Source: Octopus sinensis (lineage: Eukaryota). From it: a stretch of DNA of 64,000 nucleotides. The notes under the pieces are model-generated. The model was not told the DNA's origin. It saw only the letters and a program-made list of their open reading frames with translations, and ran no database searches. Location: NCBI RefSeq assembly GCF_006345805.1, contig NC_043001.1, positions 39,308,001 through 39,372,000 of the forward strand. The letters run 5' to 3'. Each line of letters opens with the position of its first letter. The first letter of the stretch is position 1. Below, piece after piece: positions 25,816 to 37,689 of the stretch. The translations under genes were made by a program, and so were the position numbers.

Positions 25816-26370
25816 TAGCTGTGATAAAATGAAGGTTAACATGAGACGAAGTTCTAAACTAAATAAAAGCAATGCAAGAGAGATAATACATATACAGAGA
25901 GAGAGACAGACAGACAGACAGAGACATTCAGAGAAAGAGAGAAGGTGAGGGAGGAATTGATAAAGAGTATGGTAAATAATAGCGAGATATAGATTGATAG
26001 TTACAGACAGAAGGTACGAGTTGTTGATCTGAAAGTTGACTTATTTCTCTTAGCACAAAATATATATTTTTATTATTATTCGAGGATGAACTTCTCTTTG
26101 AGATACAGATTCCTCAAAGACACATCCTTTCAGAACCTTTCAGGGGCTAAACACACATACATAACCACATACATTTACATTCATATAGTAAATATATATA
26201 TGTATTAGTTGAGTTAGAGGATAAAATAACCATCTAAGGGATAAAAGTATCCAAAATATTACTGGTATATTAGCTATATTTATACGTGGACAAACATGTT
26301 ATGCTCATAAAATATAGGTGAAAACAATGATAACCAGGAGTTTATCAGTAATGAAAATTTTAAAAAAAAA

Positions 26371-27064
26371 CAGAAAATGGAGATAACATTGATGAACAGC
26401 AATTGATTTGCATCAATTGTTGCTTATTAATTATTTACAAAAAGACTGCATCCTATCTAATGGCTGTTTCTGCTACCAATTTTCTTTGGAATTACCATTA
26501 TGATGCAAAGAAAATATTTAAAGGAGTAGAAATATAATAAAGTGTTAGTAATAATGATTATGCTTATAGTACTAAGTAATAGTATTTATCATAATAAATT
26601 AATTATCAATTTAATATAATTTTCCCCTTACTACTGGTAGGATATAAAATAAATAAAAATAACAATAAAACTTTAAAATTTTCCAGTTGGACGTTTAGAA
26701 GTATTGATGGTTAAGGGGAGATAATAAATGGATTAATAAGTGATCTGAAAGTTATACCAAGTTGGAAATTTATAAAGCCACCAATCAATCCATTAATTAA
26801 TTAATCAGTCCACCAAATCAGCGATTTAAATAAATTTATTAAACAATTGATTGACTAAACAATCAATTAATCAGTCAGCCAACCAATTAATTAAGTCGCT
26901 ATATATAGCTCCATATCTAATAAACTAATAAGTACAAATTGATATACTTGCAAAAATATGTATACAGATGCAAATTCCCACTAAAATATGTTCATACATA
27001 TATACACAAATAAATACACACATATATATGGGCGCACGCACACACACACATATAGAGGTGTGTG

Positions 27065-27099
<35 letters not shown>

Positions 27100-27824
27100 A
27101 TATATAAATACCCCCTTTTAAAAAAAGTTTGGTCATTTACTTATTGTACACCAACATGACATGATTCTCATCATATTCAACTTTTCCTTCTTATTTTCTC
27201 ATCTCTTCTTTTCATTTATTTATTTTCCACTCCGATGAAGCCCCATGATTCAAACTGGTTTTATTACCAACTATGATAAATATTTTCATAGCATCATAAT
27301 GGTAATTTCAAAGAATATTGGCTGTAGAAATAGCTGTTAGATGAAATGCAGTCTTTTTGTAAATCTTTATATATAAAAGTGAGGTTGTGTGCTGTCTGTC
27401 TCCTACGATTTAGATTCCTAACAACTCCCACATTTTGTGGTGCAGTTTCACAAAAAAACGGGTATCTTATAGTCGTGATTCATATCAAGCCCTTCTGGGT
27501 ATTAGCGCGCGTCTACGATGAGTCTACGATTTAAAAAAAAATTTACCATCAATTTTTCCCATTTTTAATGCATTTTTGGCATATATAAGGGAAGTAACTC
27601 TCTAAAAATTTATTATTAAATCTCAGAACGTAAAAAGCTACAGTAACACCCCCCCCTTTGTGGTTAGCCATATTGAGATGGCTATTATACTTTACATCTC
27701 TAAAAATGCTTATATAGTTATTTCCCTTACAAACCTGAGCAACGCCGGGCGATACTGCTAGTAATTGATAAAAAATAATTGATGCAAATCAAGTGTTGTT
27801 CATCAATATAATCTCCATTTTCTG
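26371..27824. repeat. Inverted repeat pair (~150-bp arms); right arm split by a Helitron-like insertion
   Basis: 26371-26521 is the reverse complement of 27277-27363 joined to 27762-27824 (diverged). Confidence 0.85.
27364..27761 (+). mobile_element. Non-autonomous Helitron-like element (398 bp)
   Basis: A|TC start, GC-rich imperfect hairpin (cctgagcaacgccggg) ~10 nt before CTAG|T, and no TSD. The empty site is visible in the inverted paralogue. Confidence 0.88.
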
Positions 27825-28059
27825 CTTTCTTTATATATGAACTATGAATAAAGAGAAGTATATGAGGAATTAAATCTATTTTGCCATTGGATATCCATAT
27901 TTAACAATAATTGTTTCTAAACAATTGTAGATGAATATGGATATTCAATTGTAAAACAAATTTTATTCATCATATATCTATTCTCTTTATTTATAATTTA
28001 TACACTCCTATAAATTCTATGTAATTAGTAGCTTGATATATCAAGGACCCTTTTTTTAT

Positions 28060-31000
28060 GAGTATCACCAGACAAGTTAAAACCATATTTTGTGGACTGA
28101 TTTAATGGGCATGTTGGACAGCAATCCGGTATCTTCACTGGTGTACATGGGGGTCATGGTACTCCAGGCTGCTGGAGTTCTGTGATACATGTAACCTTTT
28201 AATTTGCAACACTGACTTCAAGAAGCCAACCAGATTGATTTCATCCTCACCAGACAGCAGAACGCAGGGTTGCTCTTAAATAGAAAGACCCTCCTAGGTG
28301 AAGAATGTACCCCCCAGCATAGACTAGTCATTAGTGACTTTAGACTCAAGGCCAGAAGGATGCCAAGAAGCAGACCAATCTTAAACAGTAGGATTTGGAA
28401 GCTAAAGAACCCTTCACATGGTCATAAATTTAGGGACATCCTCATCAAGAAATTTAATGAGATGGAGGAGGAGCTACAGACCTCAGACATAGAGAGTAGC
28501 TGGAAATTCCTGCGGGACAGCTTACTAAGTTCCGCAGACCAAGTCTGTGGATGATGCAAAGTCCCTTCCAGACCTAGATTAATGTAATGGTGGAATAATA
28601 TGGTAGACAAAGCCATTAGAGCAAAGAAACAGACCTGGAAAGCCTGGAAGAGTGGAGGTAGCAGGGAACAGTACCAGATAGCCAGGAGGGAGGCTGGGTG
28701 ACAGGTATACATAGCCAAGTGAGAAGCAGATAAGAAGTTTGCCAATGTCCAGCAATGTGAGGACCAAAGAACTGAAGTATTTCAAATTGCAAGACAATGT
28801 GTCAGAGAAAATTGTGATGTCACAGGAGAGAAATGAGTCCACATGGATGATGGTGCACTTGCTTTTAATGATTCTGAAAAGAAAGAGGCTTGGTGAAGCC
28901 ATTATGAAAGACTACTGAATGTGGAGAATGAATGGGAGGAGGAGAGCAGCCTGCCAAATGTTGACCCAGTAGAGGGACCAGCTATCCAAATAGACAGCAC
29001 CCTGGTAGATAAAGCAATTAAGGATATGAAGTTAGGAAAATCCCCTGACCCATCAGCAATTACTGCTAAGATGCTTAAAATATCTGGCAGCTTGGGTTAT
29101 AGCCTTATCACCCGTATTGTAAACCAGGTAGTTCATGACAGAGTCATAACCAATGACTGGCATAGCAGCACCATAGTCAACTGCCACAAGGGTAAAGGTG
29201 ATGTTTTAGATAGAAATAACTGCAGGGGTATCAAACTACTGGATCAGGTGATGAAGGTAATAGAGAGGATCATAGCCCAACAAATTAGGGAGAAAGTATG
29301 CTTAGATGAGATGCAATTCGGTTTTGTCCCAGGTAGAAGCACCACTGATGCTATATTCCTGGTACAGCAACTGCAGGGAAAATACCTAGCCAAAGATAAA
29401 CCCCAATACTTGGCTTTTGTGGACTTGGAGAAACCTTATCTGGTGGGAAATACAGAAACTAATGGTTTATAAGGGCAGTACAATCTCTATACAGAGGTAC
29501 CATTAGTAAGGTTAGGGTTGGCAATGAGTATAGTGAAGAATTCTGGGTAGAAGTAGGGGTCCACCAAGGATCATCCCTCATAGTCCTCCAGGCAATAGCA
29601 GAGGAATTCAAGGCAGGTTGCCCCTGGGAGCTCCTCTATGCTGATGACCTGGCCCTTATGGCAGAATCACTACCAGAACTAGAGAAGAAATATCAGGTAT
29701 GGAAGCAAGGTTTAGAATCGAAGGGCCATAGAGTAAATGTTGCAAAAACCAAAGTCTTAGTAAGTAGGAAGGTGAACACATCATTTGATCTATAGAAAAG
29801 ATGTAGGTAGAAACTCCATTTGACATACCCACTGTAAGCTATGGACATATAAGAGGTGCAGCAACATCAAAGGAAGATTAACCAGGAAGATAGTTTTCAG
29901 TGTGGCAGATGCACAGGAGCAATAAACACCACAGATGCTCAGAAAACAGATTCCATCACATGCCAGGGTGAGAAACTAGAAGTAGTTGATAGCTTCCGCT
30001 ACCTAGGTGACCAAATCTGTAGTGGGGGTGGCTGCTCAGCAACCATTGCCACTAGAATAAGAATAGCCTGGGCAAAGTTCAGAAAGCTTCTACCCCCTAC
30101 AGGATACAAAGGGCCTCTCGCTCAGAGTGAAAGGTAGATTGTACAACATGTGTGTGAACCACCATGCTTCATGGTAGTGAAAAATGGGCCATGACGGCTA
30201 ACAACATGCGTAGGCTCAAAAGAAATGAAACTGGCATGATTCGTTAGATGTATAATGTCAGTGTTTACACAAGACAGAGTGTAAGTGCCCTGAGAGAAAC
30301 GTTGGACATAAGAAGCATTGGATGTGGCATGCAAGAGAGACGTCTGTACTGGTATGGTCACGTACTAAGGATGGATGAGGAGAGCTGTGTGAAGAAGTGC
30401 CACTCCCAAACAGTGGAAGGAACCCATGGCAGAAGAAGACCCAGGGATGAGGTGGTGAAGCATGACCTTTGAATGCTGAGCCTCACAGAGGCAATGGCAA
30501 AAGACCAAGACCTCTAGAGATATGCTGTGACTGAGAAGACCCAGCAAATAAAGTGAGATCATATCTGTAGCCTATGCCAGTGTCGCGTAACCAGCCCACT
30601 CAAAAGTACCTTTTGGATTGTAGGGTGACATGCTGTGCTTGAGGACACCTATTGAGTTAAGTACAACAACATCAAATCAAACCACAATCAAATAGAATTT
30701 GTAGTTGTGGGTGATGCCAGTGCTGCCTGTCTGGCTCCCTGTGCCAGTGGCACATAAAAATCACCATCCAAATTTGGTCAATGCCAGCCCCCTCACCCTG
30801 ACTGGCTCCTGTGTCAGTGGCACGTAAAAAGCATCCACTACACTCTCAGAGTGGTTGGTGTTAGGAAGGGCATCCAGCTGTAGAAACACTGCCAGATCAG
30901 ATTAGAGCCTGGTGCAGCCTTCTGGCTTCCCAGACCCTCAGTCGAACCATCCAATCCATGACAGCATGGAAAACAGGCGTTAAAAGATGATGATGATGAT
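28060..31000 (+). mobile_element. Decayed 5'-truncated RTE LINE with 3' UTR and (GAT)n tail
   Basis: APE remnant (PQHRLVISDF), RT (KGKGDVLDRNNCRGIKLL, QFGFVPGRSTTDAIF, LYADDL), C-terminus, 3' UTR with two repeat units, and tail at 30986-31000. Confidence 0.92.
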
Positions 31001-31003
31001 TAT

Positions 31004-31049
<46 letters not shown>

Positions 31050-31485
31050 AAATATTCCATAATTATATACATAAATATAATTATAATCAGGGGTCAACTA
31101 ATTGCTTCGCTAAGTACCAAAATTAGAAATAGCAGCTAATGCCATTTCAGCTACCATGAGTATCTCCGAGACAATTTTTTATGTAGGCAGAAAGAAAAAT
31201 GATGAATCCACACGACTTCAATTAATTACAAACGCGTTTTGAGATTAAAGTAATTTATATTTACCTATTTCTCTCCTCGGTGTAATATTTCTAGTTATAG
31301 ATTTGCAGTTATCAGGATTAAATATGTACATGATCAAGTGTCATTGCATAACTGATATTCAACTGCACTCCCAAAAATATACAGCCAAATGTGAATACAT
31401 ATTTATCTTTTATACCCATGTGTGTGTTACAAACTATCCCGCAGCAAACAGCAGTTTCAGTCAGGGAGTAAATTAAAATTATATC

Positions 31486-31918
31486 AATAATATAGGGTAA
31501 GATTAATTAATTAATTAATTGATTAATAATTAATAATTTTACTAAGTAGTCAGTACATCAAAATAAACTTTATAGGTGAATTATACAAAATATTCTATAA
31601 TTATATACATAAATATAATTATAATCAGAGGTCAGCTAATTGCTTCGCCACATACTGAAGTTCAAAATAGCACCTAATGCCATTTCAACTACCATAAGTA
31701 TCTTTGAGACAATAATACACTTTTTTATGTAGGCAATTTCTAACTTTGGTACGTGGCGAAGCAATTAGCTGACCCCTGATTATAATTGTATTTATGTATA
31801 TAATTATAGAATATTTTGTATAATTCACCTATAAAGGTTATTTTAACATATTGACTACTTGGTAAAATTATTAATTATTAATCTATTAATTAATTAATTA
31901 ATTTTACCCTATATTATT
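31486..31918. repeat. Foldback element (~183-bp inverted arms, 67-bp spacer)
   Basis: Arms 31486-31668 and 31736-31918 (aataatatagggtaa...cttcgccac / gtggcgaag...ttaccctatattatt). A direct copy of the inner part lies at ~31049-31190. Confidence 0.9.
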
Positions 31919-31963
<45 letters not shown>

Positions 31964-31964
31964 G

Positions 31965-31997
<33 letters not shown>

Positions 31998-32089
31998 GTA
32001 TATATATATGTGTATATATATATATATATATAAATAATACAGGGTAAGATTAATTAATATATATATATGTATAGATTTTTTTTTCCTGA

Positions 32090-32164
32090 TGGCCGGATAA
32101 CTGAAGAGATGGCGGTGTGGATTTCCACCTCCGACATCCGAAACTCGGGGTTTTATCATGGCTA
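32090..32164 (+). ncRNA. Type I hammerhead ribozyme-like fold, probably weakened (GUU cleavage triplet)
   Basis: CUGAAGA at 32101-07 and GAAA at 32140-43. Stem II GAUG/CAUC extends to GUGG-AUUU-CCAC. Stem I is GAUAA/UUAUC plus UGGCC/GGCUA. Stem III is very short; H17 = U at 32152. Folded by eye. Confidence 0.6.
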
Positions 32165-32194
32165 CTGAATAATTGTCACATATTACATTTACAG

Positions 32195-32235
<41 letters not shown>

Positions 32236-32349
32236 CAAACATATAAGGGATGGCTATAATAGGACATCCGACTCACTAGTAAGAGCAGCTAAACTCCAAA
32301 CCACTAATAGTTGTAATTCTGAAATGGAAAGAGAAATAAAAACGTTTAC

Positions 32350-32457
32350 CCTTTCCTTTCTGGACTATGCATAGTTTCGGCAATCTTTTGTAAATAAATA
32401 AAATAAAATTAAATTTATTTACCACTGGCGTTGCACTCATCAGCAGAAAAGCCAAGG
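32350..32457 (-). ncRNA. Type I hammerhead ribozyme with canonical core (GUC site), sense to the Ig gene intron
   Basis: Minus strand reads ccttgg-cttttctg-CUGAUGA-g(u)gcaa...uugcc-GAAA-cuaugcauag-UC-cagaaagg-a-aagg. Stem I is 8 bp + internal loop + 4 bp, stem III is the palindrome ACUAUGCAUAGU, and stem II has a 10-bp AU-rich extension. Predicted cut between 32363 and 32362. Confidence 0.82.
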
Positions 32458-33329
32458 ACTACCATATATTCACGAGGCGATAACGAGCATGCCTCGAGTC
32501 TATATGCTATAAATTTTCAAAATCCACCACATTCGCGCGCTTTTCTCAGCAGTAAATATAAACTGCCGATTTAATTTCAAAATTAGCCAAAAAATCATTA
32601 ATTAATGATTTTTGTATATGTATGTATGATATATGTATGTATGTATATTTTCAAATACATACATACATATATATATGTACTGATACATGTACATGAGCAC
32701 ACACACACACACCTTATGTAGAAAATCAGCTCACCTATGCAAGCATGTCAAGCTGATGTTAAATTGTTGGAAGAGATGAAGGCTTCAACTAACAGTATGT
32801 ACCTCGCTGGCCCCCTGCTCCAATGTCTCTGTCAATTCTGCACTCTCACCTGCTATCATTATTCCGCATCAATAGACATGTTGGGCAGCATCTGAGTGGC
32901 TTCCATGGTATGCATGAAAGCTATGGAGTTGGTTCCAACAATGAAGGGAACTAGGATATTGGAGTTCTGTGAAGTGTGTAAGGATGGATGATTCTGATAA
33001 CAAAGTGGCATGTAAATGTCACTATGAAAGACTGCTACATGTAGAGAATGCACAGGAGAAGGAGAACCTTCTTAAAGTGGACCCAACAGAGAGACCAGCT
33101 GTCTGAGTTGACAATAGTAAGATAGATAAAGCTACCACAATCATCTTCATCATCATCATTTCATGCCCATTTTTCATGCTGGCATGGGTTGGATGGTGCC
33201 ATTTACATAACATAAGCGCCAGTGAGGTCAGCAAATAACTTGCAAGTCAAAGATCCCTCAACTGAGTGAGTGTGATATGGTCCAGTTACCCATATAGTTA
33301 AGCAGGTTGTCCAGGAAGGTATCATACCC

Positions 33330-34640
33330 AACAACTGGTGTAGTAGCATTATAACCAACTGCTACAAAGGTAAACAAAATGACTTAGACAGAAGTAATTA
33401 GAGGTGTATTGCTGGAGGAGATCATGAATATTACAAAAAACTCTTACAGCTCAACTAAATTGGAAGATAGTTGACCAAGATGAGACACAGTTTGTTTTTG
33501 TGCCAGGGACAACCACTACTGATGCTATCTTCTGAGTAAGGCAATTTCAGGAGCAGCATTTGGTAAAACATAATCTGCTGTACTAATTATTTGCTGACAT
33601 GGAGAGAACTTTTGACACAGTCTCTCACTCTCTAATTGGGTAGTTGCTATCAAAGTCAGCAATGAATTTAGTGTTCAGATAGGAGTTCAACAGGGGTTAA
33701 TTCTCAGTTCCCTCTTGTTTGTTATAGTCCTTCAGGCCATAACAGAGGAGTTTAAGACTGGTTGCACATGGAAGCTCCTCTATGCCAATGACCTTGTTCT
33801 TATGACTGGATTTACAGTAGAATTAGAAAAGTAATTTCAGGTACGGAAGCAATGCTTGAAATGAAAGGGCCTTAGAATTAACTAAGCAAAGCCTAAAGTC
33901 TTGGTATGTGGGAAAGCAAACAAATTACTAATCTCTTCAGGAAAGTAGCCCTGCTTGATATGTAGAAAGAGTGTTGATAAACATTCCATACTCTCTACCA
34001 AATACAAGCTATGGGCATATATAAGGTGCAGTGAAATTAAAAGAAAGTTAACAAAGAAATTAGTCTTTGTGTTTGGCTGATGTGCAGAGGCAATAAATAC
34101 TAACAATACACAGGAAATAGATTTCTTCAAATACTCAGGAGGATCTTAAAGGTAGTAGATAATTTCTGTTACCTGTGACCTAATTAGCAATAGAGAAGGA
34201 TACTCTGAAAGTGTAGTAGTTAGAATAAGAACTGACTGGGGAAAGATCAGAAAACTATTCCCTTTGTTGATAATAAATGGCCTCTTCTTCAGCGTGAAAG
34301 GCAGATTGTACAAACAGTTAAACCACTCAGTAGTGAAATATAGGCTGTGAATACAGAAGACATCTGGTGTAATGTTGGTGTAAATGTAAAATAAAGCAGA
34401 AATATACTGAGAGAAAAATTCGGTATAAAAGGTATCAAATGTAGTGTGCAAGAAAAGAGACTGCTCTGGAATGGCTATATAAATGCATATGTGTAAGAAC
34501 AGCAGTATAAAGAAGAGCCAAGTACTATATGTGGATGGAACCTGTGGAAGAGAAAGACCTAGGAAAACGTGGAACGAACTGATAAAAATGACCTTCAGGT
34601 ACTGTGCCTCACAGAGATTATCGGTAATTTGCTGTTCTTG
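33330..34640 (+). mobile_element. Heavily decayed RTE LINE fragment
   Basis: Remnants of cagtttgtttttgtgccagggacaaccactactgatgctat, ggagtttaagactggttgc and ctcctctatgccaatgacc, plus the C-terminal GTCGREKT region. Confidence 0.75.
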
Positions 34641-34949
34641 AGAAGACCTGTTGATCTAAGTAAAATTGAGACTTACAACCTGTCTGATAAATCTCTCCCC
34701 AACAACTCATCTTCCTAACACCCACTCCCTTTACCCATGTCCACATTTCACTGCATTCCCTTATCCTCTATTTTCCACTCTCTTTTTGCACTCACATGAA
34801 TTTCCTTGCATATGTTCTATCTCTGATGAATTTCTCCCCTCCCCACAACATATCTTAATGACGCTGACGACGATGGTGTATACATATGTATAATTATTTA
34901 TGTAAATGTGGGTGTGCAATCTAGTGTGTGTTTCTCACTTTGCGATGAA

Positions 34950-35110
34950 TGCAGTTTTGTTTACCTTCCAGTCACTTTGCAGTTTGGCAAAAATGAGACC
35001 AATACACTAAGTACTAAACTCAAAACATAAATATGGTGTCCATCTAATTGACTAAACCCTTCAAGGACCCTAATATGGCCACAGTCCAATGACTGAAATA
35101 AATAAAAGAA
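34950..35110 (+). mobile_element. SINE 3' part with CR1-LINE-like tail
   Basis: Ends atggccacagtccaatgactgaaataaataaaagaata, shared with 38235-38290 and with the LINE 3' end at 43590-43635. Confidence 0.65.
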
Positions 35111-35156
35111 TAATAAAATAAAATCACACACTTGACTGCAAAAAATTATCACTTAC

Positions 35157-35468
35157 CAAATACTGTAATATTGAACATGCTTGTATGGAAACCAGTATTG
35201 CAAATAATGCTCATGTTGTCTTCAGCTAAACTGACATTGGTTATATTCAATGTGCAGATTCTTTCTTGGCAACTAGTTTCTTGACGGCTACCAAAATATT
35301 TAGAATAATCTTGGTTGGCTCCTCCACTGTATTTAGCAATAACTGTTCCATTTCCAGTATACCAAAATGTTGAAGCGCCATAACTAGTTGTGTTACATTT
35401 CAATGTGAATTTTTTATCCTTTATCGCATTTGGTGTTTCAAAACTTGGGTAAAGATTCCCCCTGTCAT
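35157..35468 (-). CDS. IgSF protein, 2nd exon seen (Ig-like domain 2, V-set-like)
   Basis: Acceptor tttgtcttttag at 35470-35469, donor gtaagt at 35156; 312 nt, phase 1/1. Encodes (N)DRGNLYPS...FTLKCNTTSYGASTFWY...CTLNITNVSLAEDNMSIICNTG...NITVF. Confidence 0.92.
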
Positions 35469-36204
35469 CTAAAAGACAAATTATTACAAAATAAATCAAG
35501 CGTTATTCACCAAATGAGAGAACATTTTTAATAAAGTAAAACAAGTCTGATTGATTGTAGTCTATTTATAAAATAATAAAAAATAAACTGATAATATGAA
35601 ACAAATATTACATGTAAAAAAAAAAGGTGTCTTTTATCCTGTAGGATACAAATTAAAATCAACCAAATCACATAGGCAGATATTTTATGGAGGAATGGGT
35701 TAAGTAGAGTAATTGTGAGCAAATATTGTAGTTAGATAGCAACTAACTACAATTGACAACACAATATCACTAGTTAATGCTTTTACTGACAACTTGATAC
35801 ATAGAGATTTAAAAGCGTATTAATAAAAAGACATCTCTTGCAAGAATATAATACTTCTTTCCTGTAGAATAATATTGAGTTGTTACATAATTAATAATCA
35901 ACCTGTTTTCCAATCCCCTTTCTTGCCCTCACTGCCATGCTCACTATATCGCTGCTCCCCAAACCCCCAATATCCACACCCATGCCTTGTTTTTCTACCC
36001 AGGTTTAATGCTCATGGTCTTGTTACTTGTGAGTATACCCTAGAATTACAGCATTTCTCTTTTGCTCTTTCTTACACTTTTGCTGTTTCCTACTGTCTAT
36101 CTCTTTTCCTTTGTTCACCCTCTCTCTCCTTCTCTTGTTTTTCCTCTCACTGGATAACCAAGTATCACCTTTACATCAGCACACTTGTTTCTGGCCTGTC
36201 TTGA

Positions 36205-36243
<39 letters not shown>

Positions 36244-37218
36244 TCTTTCATTGAGTAACCATGTACCTCCTCTATAGCAAGACACCTATTTCTGCTTCTC
36301 TATTTCCCTGTTACACTCTAACCTTTCATCATTTGATACTGGATCACCTCCTCTAATGCCCCCTCTGTTGTGGCAAGATACCTGCTTCTGTTTCTCTGTC
36401 TTTGTCACACTAATCTTCCATCCCTCAAATACCCTGTTCCTCTCATAATTCCTTGTCTTGTGAGTTATTTGGTTACTCTGCCAGTGCTGGTGCCACATTA
36501 AAAGAATCCAGTCCACACTGTAACGTGGTTGGCATTTGGAAGGGCGTCCAGCTGTAAAAATCTTACCAAAACTTTCTTCGCCTGTTCTAGTATCACACAA
36601 AAAGTACTGAGTCCACTGTGCAGAGTGATTGGTGTTAGGAAGGGCATACAGCTGTAAAATCCCTACCAAAACAGACACAGTAACTTAGGGTAGTCTTTCT
36701 ACCTGGCCAGCTCCTGTCAACCCATGCATGCATGGAAGACGGACATTAAACAATAATGATGATATATATCAAGGGTTGAACAAATAGAACACAACAGGGA
36801 GAAATAGATGAAAGCAGAACAAATGGAAAACTAAGCGAAAACTTAATGGACAGTCAAAGTCACAATACACAGAATATAAGCAATTGATTTTTCCTCATCA
36901 GTCAATGACCCCAAAATCATAGTGGTTTTCCACCATTTAACATTGAGACCACTCGATTTTGGAGGTGCTGGTGCTCTTATTAAGCTCTGGGGAAAAGCTA
37001 GTGAATGTATACAAAGGCAGAAACAAACAAGACAGTGTATAGATACAACAGACAAAGAATTATGCATATATAACAGCACAAAGCCTTATGGCTATATACA
37101 AAAGAAGAAAAAGAATAATTATACATGTACCACGATACAACAGAAAGTGATTTGCAGCTATCGAATGAACTTAGTGGGGTGGGACAAAGACAAAATGGAG
37201 AAAGTCCTAAAGGACATA

Positions 37219-37556
37219 GCATATTTTCAGGTATATAAGGTGCAAATGCAACACCATTTTAGTAGGTCAAATCTGCAAGAAAGAAATTGCAGCTAGGCCC
37301 CAAATCCTCAAGCTGAGTATCTCACATTTTCATGTATAGGAATCATGAAAAATTCGACTGACGGTTTTTGGTAAGGTAGCAGAAGTTACAATACTTATCT
37401 TAACACTTCCAAATATCACCACTGACCTCAACTGTCACCAGTATTGTCCACCGTTAATAACACTCACCAAACTTGACCTTCAACATTTAAGGCACAGTAT
37501 TATTTTGGTGGGGAATTTTTAGGAAAGAAGTGTGCCTTATATGCTGGAAAATATGG
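37219..37556. mobile_element. Tc1/pogo-type MITE (~340 bp)
   Basis: Imperfect TIRs TA-gcatattttcaggtatataaggtgca and gtgtgccttatatgctggaaaatatgg-TA. Confidence 0.6.
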
Positions 37557-37689
37557 TATCTATGAACATACACACACAATAGACTTATGTCTATTGTGTG
37601 TGTGTGTCATCAACAATAGACTTATGCACATAATTTGCTTATATCTCTTAAAAATAGAGATATCTGACGACTGGCACTGATGCCAACCT

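Noticed and set aside
27228-27262. CCGAUGA...CAAAC hammerhead-like string (similar relics at 31199-31238 and 54680-54712)
   Set aside because: Invariant core positions are mutated; not reported as ribozymes.
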